Of a DNA stretch of 64,000 bases, positions 35,389-45,799 are shown one piece after another; position 1 is the first letter of the stretch, and each line of letters opens with the position of its first letter. The notes under the pieces were generated by a model that was given only the letters and a program-made list of their open reading frames with translations, did no database searches and was not told where the DNA came from. Both the position numbers and the translations under genes were made by a program. This stretch comes from a virus (lineage: Duplodnaviria > Caudoviricetes). Location: the IMG/VR virus record IMGVR_UViG_3300032116_000002. One strand, given 5' to 3'.

Positions 35389-36306
35389 TTATAATGTGAT
35401 AGTTCCGGTACCGGTGAATGTATAAATTTTATAGCCAGCAGCAGCAGTAAATGTGGGAGACCCACTAGTAAAAAATGCGTCACCCAATGTATCTGAATAT
35501 CTTAATATAACCAATCCAGAACCACCATTACCTCCTAAATCAGTGGCGCCGCCGCCAGAACCACCGCCACCGCCACCCGATCCTGTGTTGGTAGTTCCTG
35601 CCACTCCTGGTGAACCTGAATTTCCTCCTCCGCCTGTTCCACCTGTTCCGGCAGAAGAGCCTCCCCCACCGCCTGCTCTTGTAGTTGCGGTACCAGTAAT
35701 ACTGGATGATGATCCTGCGCCGCCGGAAGTACCACTGCCAGCACCACCTGCACCACCGCCACCACCTCCGCCGTTACCCGGACCAGCAGCACCATTATTT
35801 CCCTGACTTGGTGAAGTTGATGGAGTATTACCTGCACCACCTGCACCACCGTCACCTCCTCCGCCTCCGCTTCCCCCACTTTTACCTACATAGTGACTAG
35901 GCGAACCAGACCATCCAATTGCGCCTCCTCCTCCACCCGTAGAAGTAATAGTAGAGAATATACTATCGGTCCCACTACTTCCTGCTGCTGTACTAGAAGT
36001 GACAAATCCTGAAGTAGTAGCTCCGGAACCGCCCCCGCCAACAGTAACGCTTAAGTTTACTCCTGTGGCTACAGTTAATGTACCGGTCCTATATCCACCT
36101 GCTCCGCCTCCGGCGCCTCTTGCACCGCCACCGCCACCTCCACCTGCAATTATTAAATACTCTACTTCATAGGTACCTGGTTTACCATAAAGTCCAGTAC
36201 TGGTAAGTTGCTGAGCATCTGCAATTGAAAAAAATCTTCCTGTAGTGCCTCCGCTAACTGCTGGTAGTGCATTTCCAATCACATTATAATTATTTCTTTG
36301 TCTCAT
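35389..36306 (-). CDS. Glycine-rich virion protein
   Basis: EYLIIAGGGGG, GGSG.VILRY, YTFTGTG.IT. Confidence 0.8.
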   Translation of the reverse strand: MRQRNNYNVIGNALPAVSGGTTGRFFSIADAQQLTSTGLYGKPGTYEVEYLIIAGGGGGGGARGAGGGAGGYRTGTLTVATGVNLSVTVGGGGSGATTSGFVTSSTAAGSSGTDSIFSTITSTGGGGGAIGWSGSPSHYVGKSGGSGGGGGDGGAGGAGNTPSTSPSQGNNGAAGPGNGGGGGGGAGGAGSGTSGGAGSSSSITGTATTRAGGGGGSSAGTGGTGGGGNSGSPGVAGTTNTGSGGGGGGSGGGATDLGGNGGSGLVILRYSDTLGDAFFTSGSPTFTAAAGYKIYTFTGTGTITL

Positions 36307-36317
36307 TTAAGTGATCC

Positions 36318-39300
36318 TTACCTTATCGCAAATGTACTTGTTGGTGCTGTAAAGTTTGCAGTGTATCTTGCAACACCTCTAGTGATACGCAGTTCGTCTA
36401 TATATCCATCAAAAGGTCTATCCTGTCCTATTGTTTGACCGATTAATAATACATTTGTTGATGTAAATGTTTGTGTCCAAGAATTAGTATTAGTTGCTAC
36501 AGAGGTTCCGTTAACGAATAAACGATTTGTTCCACTGTTTCTACTAAAGGCAATATGAGTCCATGTTGTCACACTAATAGCAGAGGAACCTGCAGCAACA
36601 GTGGCATTAGACGAAAATGATCCTGCATAAACTTCTGGAATACCACCATTAAGATAAAAACTAAACGCATCGTTGCCATATGCACCACTAACGCGGGTGT
36701 CTAAAATAGAATCTAAACCAGTTATACTATTAACGTAAATCCAACATTCTATAGTCATATCACCTGAACCAAATACTAAATTTGGGGTCATGACAACAGA
36801 AAAATAATCCCCTGTCCCATCAAAGTACAATGAGCTACTGCCAAATTTTTTCTGCACTATGCTGTATTTTGCATCACCTACAGTTTCTAAATTATTTTTA
36901 CCTGTATGATCGTATATGCCGGCGTTGATGAAGTTAGAAAGAAAAACTGTATTAGCGTCGGCAATAAATGGAGAAGTTGGTGGAGTAAATCCGATTGTAT
37001 AGCGGCGAACCGTAGAAACTCTAACCATACTCAAATAACCATTAAAATTACCCTGAGCTATTGCTCCTATTAAAAAATTATTTCCGGCTTGCGGCGATCC
37101 AGCAACCGTATATCCGCCGACATTCACACCGTTAACATACATTGTCATAACGCCATTGTTACCAACAATGGCTAAATGACTCCACTCTCTTAATTTAATA
37201 GAAGCAGAAGAAGGTTGATATATTTGTGAGCCATTATAATAATAAGAAACTACTACACCACTTGAATTAGGACCAAAATCAAAAGCTTCACTTGATGAAG
37301 TGGGGTCTCCCCACCCTATTACATTACTATAGTTGGCACTATTGACTGTACCTCCAAAAGCTAAAGGATAAATATAATATTCAAGAGTAAACTGACCAGT
37401 ATACCACAATAAAGTCGGTATTCTTGTAGAAGGCGTACTTAAATAATCCCCACTACCATCAAAATAAGCACTACCTCCTACCGTAGCTACACTATAAACC
37501 GCATCTGGTGCATAGTGTGTGAAAGGTTGTACTTGAATAGATCCAGCACCAGTTGAAACAGTATATGCATATTGACTAGCATCAAATGCACCTCTATTTC
37601 TCACAGAAAACATATAAACTGTTTGACTAGATTCAGGAGGGTCTTGTCCACCACTTGTAGCAGTTATTGTAGTAGGTGATGTAAAATTAGAGGTATATAC
37701 TGCCCGACCTTTAACAAATCTTACCATGTTGGTATACATTGTCATATATGTAGGGGAGTCTGCTGTCCAATTATTGATACTAACACCTTGCCAAAGCCCA
37801 ATTGCCCCTGATAAATCTCCTCTACTTAACCAAGGGTTAATTTGACCACTTACAGTAACAGGTGCTCCTGCTACCCCATTTAAATAAGAGGTTACAGTGG
37901 TTCCGTTATTTGATCTTACTAAGGCCCAATGACTCCATTGTCCTGTAGGCATTGTACTAGGAAAATTAGCTACACTTGATGCTTGATCTCTATTACCAGT
38001 ATCAGGTCTTACTTCTGCACCTGTCAAAGACACTGCAATAGCTATGTCTGCGTTGTATGCTGTTCTCCTTGCACCAAATATAAATATAGGTAAGTTACCG
38101 GCTACTGGAAAGGCCCACCCTTCAATCGTAAAATTTTGTCCGGAAGCAACTGTGAAAGTTGCTTGATTAGCTGTATATGCAGAGGTAGAGCCATTCAAAT
38201 AAGCACTATAACCGCCTAAATTAAAAGGAGTAAATGTGCCTTGGCTGGCATTACCGTTTCTAGCAATTATATGATTAAAAGATGAATCATCTATGAATCT
38301 ATTATTATTTTCACCTTGGTAACTCTGTAGTGTAAGTAGTCTAGTATTTGTAATGACAGTTAGTGGTGAGACTGGTGGTACAAATGTTGAGGTATATAAC
38401 ACTGTTCCTCTCAATAATCTCACATTACTCATATAGCCATTAAAAGAAGTACCAGCACTTCCGCCTCCGATGTTGAAGGTGCCTGAATTATTTGGATAAA
38501 CTGCGGTAGTGTTTGATGCAACTTGAGTTCCGTTTAAGAAAATTCTCGTTGTTGTCCCATCAAATGTGTATGCGACATGATACCAACTTCCTGCTGTTAC
38601 TAGGTTATTTGCACTTCTAATTTCATTAGTGCCGTTAATTCCTAATGCTAAACTTGCAGGATTACCTGCACTTACTTGATACACATAAAAAAGTAAATTA
38701 CCTGTTCCGCCTGTTCCTATAGTTGCAAACCAGGAAGCACTTGATCCTGCTAAACTAGATGGATACATCCAAAACTCAAGTGTGTAGCTGCCGGCGGTTG
38801 ACCAGTTATCAGAATATGATGTTGTTAAATAATCCCCAGTACCATCAAAATATCCGCTAGCTGTAACAGCAGATTCTTGACCAAAAGGATTAAAAGCAGT
38901 TACAGCAACATCACCGGTTTTTGTGATAGTATGATTGTTTGAACTAGTGTCTACAAATCTATTGCTTTGACAAGTTAATAATACTGTATCTGGTATCGCT
39001 GATAATGTAGAGGTTGGTGGGGTGAAGGTTGTTGTATAAAGTCCAGTACCTTTTAATATACGAAGATTAGATATATAACCGTTAAAAGTGTTCTCATTAA
39101 CAGGTGACGCACCGTTCCAATATGTACCAATGCCAAGTGGCGCTGATGATCCATAGTTATTAGTGTCACTGTAAGTTGATCCTGACTGAATACCATTAAC
39201 AAATAATCGAGTTGAACCCGAATTTCTACACAATGCAATATGATACCATTGTCCTGTAACTAAAGATGCACCTGTAATTCGGTCAGCATTCGCTGTATAA

Positions 39301-40259
39301 TAACGAATTGTGCTGCTGATGTAAAGGTGAGGATTGGTACTAGACGCACTAGTTAGATTACTGACTACTGTTTGTAGCCCCGTAGAATTAGGATACAACC
39401 AAAATTCAATTGTGAAGTCACCTGTGCCATATCCATAGCTTGAATTATCTGGAACAGTTAAATAATCTCCGCTACCATCAAAATTATTACTCCAAAGAGT
39501 ATAGTAAGGATTAAATCTATTTGGTCTTGCGTCACCGAATGCAGTTATATTAAAATTATTTGTGCTAGCATCACTTAACCAAACATTAGTTAACGGTTCC
39601 CCTTTTAATAATAATGTTGTATCTTTAAAGTTAGGTTCAGATACTTGAATAGTAACAGTAAACGTTCGTGTTACTGATTGACCTTCTGCATCCGATGCTA
39701 TAACATTAAAACTATAGAGCGTATCTGAAGTCAATCCAGCTACATTACCGCCTAATAATCCATCAATAGCTAGTGTTACTCCCGGTGGCAATGAACTGCC
39801 TGCTGCCACTGAGTAGTTTAAATTACTATCACTTACCGCAGAAAGATAAAGTGAGAAAACATTATCAGTAAGATATGTTCCTAAATCACTGTTTGTAGTC
39901 CAAGAAGGATTACCACTGAATCCAAAGTTACCTAAGAATACTGCTGCACTACCATCTGGATTAATAACAATAAGTTGATATAAACCTGTTGTGACTGTAC
40001 CAAACTGAACACGCAATTCAGTTGCGTTTACAAATGTTACTGTACCGGCTGTTGTTCCGGCTAAAACACTACAACCGTTAACAAATTGTGAACCTCTTAT
40101 AACAATGAACCCACCGGTATTGTTTAGTCTTGTTTGTGTAATAGGATTCCAACTACTATCAGTAATTGTTACTGAACTTACAGAACACAATGCACTCACA
40201 ACAGATGTTGCGCTGTTGTTTATTGAAACTCTTTTTCTACTGAGTAGATTAAATGACAT
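36318..40259 (-). CDS. Receptor-binding/fibre protein: IPT + Ig-like + 5 LamG-like domains
   Basis: Repeated (Y)FDG.GDYL, FTIE.W, W.H.A..R.G, NGYISN.R units. Confidence 0.85.
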   Translation of the reverse strand: MSFNLLSRKRVSINNSATSVVSALCSVSSVTITDSSWNPITQTRLNNTGGFIVIRGSQFVNGCSVLAGTTAGTVTFVNATELRVQFGTVTTGLYQLIVINPDGSAAVFLGNFGFSGNPSWTTNSDLGTYLTDNVFSLYLSAVSDSNLNYSVAAGSSLPPGVTLAIDGLLGGNVAGLTSDTLYSFNVIASDAEGQSVTRTFTVTIQVSEPNFKDTTLLLKGEPLTNVWLSDASTNNFNITAFGDARPNRFNPYYTLWSNNFDGSGDYLTVPDNSSYGYGTGDFTIEFWLYPNSTGLQTVVSNLTSASSTNPHLYISSTIRYYTANADRITGASLVTGQWYHIALCRNSGSTRLFVNGIQSGSTYSDTNNYGSSAPLGIGTYWNGASPVNENTFNGYISNLRILKGTGLYTTTFTPPTSTLSAIPDTVLLTCQSNRFVDTSSNNHTITKTGDVAVTAFNPFGQESAVTASGYFDGTGDYLTTSYSDNWSTAGSYTLEFWMYPSSLAGSSASWFATIGTGGTGNLLFYVYQVSAGNPASLALGINGTNEIRSANNLVTAGSWYHVAYTFDGTTTRIFLNGTQVASNTTAVYPNNSGTFNIGGGSAGTSFNGYMSNVRLLRGTVLYTSTFVPPVSPLTVITNTRLLTLQSYQGENNNRFIDDSSFNHIIARNGNASQGTFTPFNLGGYSAYLNGSTSAYTANQATFTVASGQNFTIEGWAFPVAGNLPIFIFGARRTAYNADIAIAVSLTGAEVRPDTGNRDQASSVANFPSTMPTGQWSHWALVRSNNGTTVTSYLNGVAGAPVTVSGQINPWLSRGDLSGAIGLWQGVSINNWTADSPTYMTMYTNMVRFVKGRAVYTSNFTSPTTITATSGGQDPPESSQTVYMFSVRNRGAFDASQYAYTVSTGAGSIQVQPFTHYAPDAVYSVATVGGSAYFDGSGDYLSTPSTRIPTLLWYTGQFTLEYYIYPLAFGGTVNSANYSNVIGWGDPTSSSEAFDFGPNSSGVVVSYYYNGSQIYQPSSASIKLREWSHLAIVGNNGVMTMYVNGVNVGGYTVAGSPQAGNNFLIGAIAQGNFNGYLSMVRVSTVRRYTIGFTPPTSPFIADANTVFLSNFINAGIYDHTGKNNLETVGDAKYSIVQKKFGSSSLYFDGTGDYFSVVMTPNLVFGSGDMTIECWIYVNSITGLDSILDTRVSGAYGNDAFSFYLNGGIPEVYAGSFSSNATVAAGSSAISVTTWTHIAFSRNSGTNRLFVNGTSVATNTNSWTQTFTSTNVLLIGQTIGQDRPFDGYIDELRITRGVARYTANFTAPTSTFAIR

Positions 40260-40260
40260 A

Positions 40261-40590
40261 TTAAGTTACCTGAGTTCCAAATAATGTAAAGCTGACACTA
40301 GCTGAGTTTGCAAATACTGTTACGATATCAGTCGCAGCTAAACTCATACCAAATGATAATGATACTGTATCGTTTGCTGGAATCGTGCTATTGTAAATTA
40401 AATAATGCTCACCAGTTAATGCTGCGCCATTTTTTCTAGCAGCAACACGGTATGAAATTCCACTAGCGTTTTGATTACAGATGACTAATGAACTTACTAT
40501 CGCACTTGTGTTTGCAGGCGTAGTGTATAAATCTGTATTTGTACTCGCTGCTACACTTGATTGCCCTAATATTTGATATGAGAATGCCAT
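40261..40590 (-). CDS. Small beta-sandwich adaptor-like virion protein
   Basis: LYT.P.....VSSL.ICN...IPAN.T..L pattern shared with the 118-123-aa paralogs. Confidence 0.75.
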   Translation of the reverse strand: MAFSYQILGQSSVAASTNTDLYTTPANTSAIVSSLVICNQNASGISYRVAARKNGAALTGEHYLIYNSTIPANDTVSLSFGMSLAATDIVTVFANSASVSFTLFGTQVT

Positions 40591-40604
40591 TTTTATTCCT
40601 TAAA

Positions 40605-41219
40605 TTATGCCATGAAGAAGAAAGGATGCGGCGTAGAATTATCTGTAATAATTGTAGTCGTTGATGTTGACGCCGGTCCTAATGTTACTACTTCAATAGG
40701 TGATAAGTTTGGTGGTTCAGTAGAAAAAGTTATTATATTGTTTGTTAAACTGTATGTACTTTTAACTTGTGTAATACCGCCCACTGTTACTAATGTATAG
40801 TTTTTATTTGCTGGTGTTGTACTTAATGTGAAATTTACTGTAGTTCCATCACCTGTAAAAGTATCATATACAACTCCAGTGATAACACCAATATTTGTGC
40901 CTGTAGTTGTGCGTACTTCTATAATTGCCCCTGGTATAGGAGTACCAGTAAATGTGATAATATTTGAATTTAAGGTATAGGCAGATTTTTGTTGAATAAC
41001 ACCATCAATATTTACAACAACATAGTCTGAGCTACCTGGTGTTACGCTTAATACGTATGATATTTTAGATCCGTCACCTGCAAATGTATCAGTGATTACG
41101 CTGAACAGTGATCCAGTTACTGGAGTTCTAGTCCAACTATTAGTTGCGCTGGAATAGGTATATGCAATACCGTTTACTACTGCTGATTGTCCATTAGTTG
41201 GTGTTGTTGGGAATGCCAT
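40605..41219 (-). CDS. Virion protein with two F.GDG...F.L beta-sandwich repeats
   Basis: MAFPTTP..G anchor; two DTF.GDG...V...G..Q...Y.L....ITF repeats; TAAATA at 41238-41243. Confidence 0.75.
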   Translation of the reverse strand: MAFPTTPTNGQSAVVNGIAYTYSSATNSWTRTPVTGSLFSVITDTFAGDGSKISYVLSVTPGSSDYVVVNIDGVIQQKSAYTLNSNIITFTGTPIPGAIIEVRTTTGTNIGVITGVVYDTFTGDGTTVNFTLSTTPANKNYTLVTVGGITQVKSTYSLTNNIITFSTEPPNLSPIEVVTLGPASTSTTTIITDNSTPHPFFFMA

Positions 41220-41240
41220 AATTATAATCTCTGCATATAT

Positions 41241-44200
41241 TTATCGTGTTAAGAAAGCTGATCCTGGTGCTGTAAAGGTAGACGTTGAGTATCGTGCTAT
41301 GCCTTTAGTTATTCGTATATCGGTCATATATCCATTAAAATCATTTGTACTAGTTGAAGTTTGGATACCCACACCTAAAGGCAGTGTGCTAGAAAGTGAT
41401 GTACTATCTGTTGCTGTTGCTACTACTGTACCATCAATAAACATTCTATTAGTAGTTCCTGATCTAGTTACTGCTATATGGTACCATTGTCCAGTTGCGA
41501 TTCTAGATGCGTTAGAGTCTTGCAGCAACACGGTTGACGCTCCTACTAGGAATGTCATTGAAGTTCCAGCACTTCTCCAATATAACTGCCAACTATTAGC
41601 ATTACCGCTTGCCCAACGATCTAGTAACAATCTACTACTAGTTAATGCACTAAAATAAACCCATAATTCTATCGTAAAATCACCAGTACCAAAATCAAGA
41701 TTAGGATTAGTTGGCATAGTTAGATAATCATCAGTACCGTCAAAGTACAATGACCCTACATCCCATTTAGCTTGTGCATTGGTTATTATTGCATTGTTCA
41801 CCGTTTCTAAATTATTCTTACCGGTACTATCGTAGATGCCAGCGTTGGTGAAGTTGAGTAGTAATTGTGTATTAGTTATAGCTGTTAATGATGATGCAGG
41901 TGGTGTGAAGGTAGCGGTGTATAGAACCGTTCCTCTTACTAATCTTAAACTAGAAATATAACCGTTAAGTAAATTAGTATTATTATATCCAGCTCCTACT
42001 TTTGGGCCACCTATAACATAGTTATTCGTATCAGTATATGTTGATCCTACTTGCACACCGTTTACAAACATTATTGTACTTGTTCCGCTTCGTGCAACTG
42101 CAATGTGGTACCATTGTCCGACAATTATTGTAGGACCAGTTATTACATTTGTTCCAACAAAATAGGTTAACACTCCGGCGTTTAAATATATCACCGGCGA
42201 TATAGAAGCTGCACTTGTCCTAGAATCATACAATGTTCCTGTAGTTCCTGAAATTAGGTATAGATAACCTTCTAACGTAAAATCTGACGTTCCTATTGTG
42301 AACGCAGCGTTACTAGGTAAATCTAAATAATCCCCTGTCCCATCAAAGTAAGCACTACCACCTACTACAGCAGAGTCATAAGCAGCAGTAGGAGCAAATG
42401 GAGAGAAGGCTTGGACGGATCTAGTTCCTAAGTTTGAACCATTGTCGCCAAACAATATCGTTTTTGTGTTTTGTGTACTGTTATCAACAAACCTATTTGA
42501 TTGTAATGTTAGTAGCTTAACGTCAGATGATGAAACGCTTTGGCTTGTTGTAGTTAATGGGCTTGTAGTTACAGTAAACGCAGATGTATAAACCGCTGAA
42601 CGAGTAAACCTAAAGTTACTAATATACCCGTCTAGTCCTCCGTTATATGAATTAGTAGTACCAATAAATAACTGTTGGTTAGCACTTGCAGAAGGCGTTC
42701 CAGTACCAGAAGTAAGCAATGCTCCATCTTTATATATTGAATAAGTAGATGACGAACGAACAAAAGCAAAATGATACCAAACACCAGTTGTTATACCAGC
42801 ATTTACATTTGTAGCTAAATCTTGGTCGGCAGCATTTCGCCAATAAATATTTGGACTAGCTCCAAAAAGAAATATCCCACCTTGATTGTTCCCTTGCAGT
42901 ATCCAATGAAAATTACTCCCGCCAGGGAGGCTATTAAAATTTACCCAAAATTCAATTGTAAAGTTACCTGCTCCGCTTCCCATATTAAAATCAGCAGAAC
43001 TAGCAACCTGTATGTTTTGATAATTCGTTCTATTAAAATAAGAACTCCACCCCGTCTGACTAAACGGCGTAAATGTTCCCTGCGTAGTATTACCAAATCT
43101 ACTAACAACAAAATTATTTCCAGACCCATCTATGAATCTATTATTGTTTTCTCCTAAACGGTATTGCAATGTTAGTAACGCTGTATTACTAACTACCAAT
43201 AAAGGTGATGCAGATGGAGTAAAGGTTGAAGTATAAAGAGCGGTGCCTTTTACCACCCTAAGATTAGAAATATATCCAGTATGATTCCTAGTACTTACTC
43301 CATCGTTTGCTCTACCTATAGTAAGACTGCCGGCTGGATAATTATATGTGTCGGTGGTGAAGCTGCTTCCAGCCTGCACTCCGTCTACAAACATTCTAGT
43401 AGTAGTGCCGAATCTAGTCACAGCTATGTGTTGCCATCCATTTAATCTTACTACTGAATTACCTGATGTTATTTTATTTACAGCCTCAACATACCAAGCA
43501 TATCCAGTACCGGACGTTAATTCAATAACAGGTTGAACCACAGATAGTCCATTGGTACCGTTACGTTGATCATATAATGTAATATTAGCTGGTATCGCAT
43601 TTAATGCTATATAAACCCAAAATTCTATCGTAAAATCCGTAGTACTCAACGCTAGATTAGCTTGGCTAGTTAATGATAGCCAATCACCGGTTCCATCAAA
43701 ATAAGCACTACCAGTTGTTGTATCTGTTTCTGTAAAGGGACCAAAAGCACTGACTGTGGTATCTCCATTTTTAGTAATGGTAAAATTATTTGTACTATTA
43801 TCAATTAAACGATTGGATTGGCAAGTTAATAAACTTGTGCCTGCTACCGCTGTAAGTGGTGTAGTGCTTGGTGTAAACGCTCCAGTGTATAGTGCTGTGC
43901 CTTTTACCACCCTCAAATTTGAAATATATCCGTTCATTATAAAACCGGAAGCGGCGAATCCATTTAACACTCCAATGTATGGAGTGGTATTTGTAATATC
44001 AGTTGCTTGTGTGCCTGAGGTGGCTAAACTGCCATTGAAAAACAATCTGACAGTTGTACCTGATCTAGTAACAGCAAAATGAGTCCACTGGTTAGTCCCC
44101 GGCGGGCTGGCATATGTTATATCTGTAGACATTCGTACTAAAAAACCAGTAGCAGAGTCTTGGAATATACCTAGCTGCCCGTTAGTACCACCGCCTCCCG

Positions 44201-45092
44201 AATCATAAAGACAGAATCTTGTTACACCAGCATTTAAATAGTACCAGCCTTCTACAGTGAAATCACCAGTTCCAAAACTAAATGCCGAAGATGACGGTAG
44301 TGTCAAATAATCGCCTGTGCCGTCAAACCTATTACTCCATACTGTTTTATACGGACTGAATGCCGTTGGTCGTGTATCACCATTTACAGTAAGTGCAAAT
44401 TTATTTGAACTATTATCATTGATCCATGTGTTAGTGCTATTAGTACCACCCAATAATAACGAAGTGTTTGGGAAATAAGTGTCATTAATAACAACAGTCA
44501 CACTAAATGTTCTTGATGTGTTTTGTAATTCTGCGTCTGTCGCAATAACAGTGAAATTATATGTGGTTGTGGCGCTTCCTGTCCAAGTTCCACTTAATGT
44601 ACCACTACTAGATAATGATAAACCAGGTGGCAGTGAACTTCCTTCAGCTAATGAATAAGTTATATTACTATCGGATGTAGCACTTAATGCCAATAAAACC
44701 GGTACTGTTAAATCTGGTAAATTACTACCTGTGCTCCAAGCAGGAAACACACTATATGTAATACCGTTAATTCTAATAGCCATGCTGCCATCAGGATTTA
44801 TAAGGTATATTACATAAGTACCTGAGCTAGATGCAGGAACTTGTACATTAACTCTTGTACTATTAACAAATGTAACGCTTGTAGAAATCGTACTATCAAT
44901 ATAAACTTGACATCCACTGACAAAGCCAGTTCCATTTACTATAATATACCCGCCTAACGTGCTGACAGCGGTGTCATCTAAGAGTGTACCATAAGTATTA
45001 TCACTTGCAATTTGCACTGAGGTTATGGTAGGCCCAGTTATTGCTGAAATAGTTGCGCTTGTAAAGTCAGTTGATTTTAATCTAGTAATCAT
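41241..45092 (-). CDS. Receptor-binding/fibre protein: IPT + Ig-like + 5 LamG-like domains
   Basis: Same repeat units as 36318-40259. Confidence 0.85.
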   Translation of the reverse strand: MITRLKSTDFTSATISAITGPTITSVQIASDNTYGTLLDDTAVSTLGGYIIVNGTGFVSGCQVYIDSTISTSVTFVNSTRVNVQVPASSSGTYVIYLINPDGSMAIRINGITYSVFPAWSTGSNLPDLTVPVLLALSATSDSNITYSLAEGSSLPPGLSLSSSGTLSGTWTGSATTTYNFTVIATDAELQNTSRTFSVTVVINDTYFPNTSLLLGGTNSTNTWINDNSSNKFALTVNGDTRPTAFSPYKTVWSNRFDGTGDYLTLPSSSAFSFGTGDFTVEGWYYLNAGVTRFCLYDSGGGGTNGQLGIFQDSATGFLVRMSTDITYASPPGTNQWTHFAVTRSGTTVRLFFNGSLATSGTQATDITNTTPYIGVLNGFAASGFIMNGYISNLRVVKGTALYTGAFTPSTTPLTAVAGTSLLTCQSNRLIDNSTNNFTITKNGDTTVSAFGPFTETDTTTGSAYFDGTGDWLSLTSQANLALSTTDFTIEFWVYIALNAIPANITLYDQRNGTNGLSVVQPVIELTSGTGYAWYVEAVNKITSGNSVVRLNGWQHIAVTRFGTTTRMFVDGVQAGSSFTTDTYNYPAGSLTIGRANDGVSTRNHTGYISNLRVVKGTALYTSTFTPSASPLLVVSNTALLTLQYRLGENNNRFIDGSGNNFVVSRFGNTTQGTFTPFSQTGWSSYFNRTNYQNIQVASSADFNMGSGAGNFTIEFWVNFNSLPGGSNFHWILQGNNQGGIFLFGASPNIYWRNAADQDLATNVNAGITTGVWYHFAFVRSSSTYSIYKDGALLTSGTGTPSASANQQLFIGTTNSYNGGLDGYISNFRFTRSAVYTSAFTVTTSPLTTTSQSVSSSDVKLLTLQSNRFVDNSTQNTKTILFGDNGSNLGTRSVQAFSPFAPTAAYDSAVVGGSAYFDGTGDYLDLPSNAAFTIGTSDFTLEGYLYLISGTTGTLYDSRTSAASISPVIYLNAGVLTYFVGTNVITGPTIIVGQWYHIAVARSGTSTIMFVNGVQVGSTYTDTNNYVIGGPKVGAGYNNTNLLNGYISSLRLVRGTVLYTATFTPPASSLTAITNTQLLLNFTNAGIYDSTGKNNLETVNNAIITNAQAKWDVGSLYFDGTDDYLTMPTNPNLDFGTGDFTIELWVYFSALTSSRLLLDRWASGNANSWQLYWRSAGTSMTFLVGASTVLLQDSNASRIATGQWYHIAVTRSGTTNRMFIDGTVVATATDSTSLSSTLPLGVGIQTSTSTNDFNGYMTDIRITKGIARYSTSTFTAPGSAFLTR

Positions 45093-45439
45093 GCGTATGT
45101 AACCGTTGTTCCTGCTGTAGTTCCGTCACTTGAAACTACAAATAATAATTTTTGTCCTGCTGTACTACTTGGCATTTGTACTCTTAACTCATTCGCACTT
45201 ATAAATGTTATATTTGATGCTAGTGCTGACACTTTAGTATTCGGTGTTCTAATAACCAATTGTGAATTATTTGTAAAAAACGAACCTACAATCTTTATAA
45301 AACCACCACTTGTACTTACAGTGTTACCAATGTTAAAATTATATGTATTATCAGTAACAACAACTCTAGATATCCTAGGTTTAAAAATTCCTGTGAATGT
45401 TGTTGGTACTAGATTATCATATGTTATCTTAGTTGACAT
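45089..45439 (-). CDS. Stand-alone IPT-like domain, paralog of the N-terminus of 41241-45092
   Basis: DNTY....VST.GG.I...G..F and TF.......VQ.P.S.AG. Confidence 0.75.
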   Translation of the reverse strand: MSTKITYDNLVPTTFTGIFKPRISRVVVTDNTYNFNIGNTVSTSGGFIKIVGSFFTNNSQLVIRTPNTKVSALASNITFISANELRVQMPSSTAGQKLLFVVSSDGTTAGTTVTYA

Positions 45440-45441
45440 TT

Positions 45442-45798
45442 TTAACTCATTAATTCATATGATGCTGAAATGTGTGCAGAATTATTTGCGCTGCAATTAG
45501 CTTGTATTGTATCATCTTCTTCTAGGTAAATAGTTGTATCTTTCGCTAGTACAACTAATGTTGAATTTGCGGGGACATTTATAGTTCCTGCAAGATAATA
45601 AGGTCCGCCTGTGCGATTGACCACTACATTAGCTGAAATTGATGAGCCGCTATAATTACATATTGATATTTCATTAATTTTATAGACGCTGTTGCTTCCT
45701 GATGCGTTTAATACAACATTTCCCGTAATTGTAGACAATGACGCATATGCTGTTCTGCCCGTTATTGCTGTTACTGTTAGTAAATTTGGTGCTGCCAT
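45442..45798 (-). CDS. 118-aa adaptor-like virion protein (MAAPNL family)
   Basis: Paralog of 53274-53645 and 60815-61171. Confidence 0.8.
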   Translation of the reverse strand: MAAPNLLTVTAITGRTAYASLSTITGNVVLNASGSNSVYKINEISICNYSGSSISANVVVNRTGGPYYLAGTINVPANSTLVVLAKDTTIYLEEDDTIQANCSANNSAHISASYELMS

Positions 45799-45799
45799 T

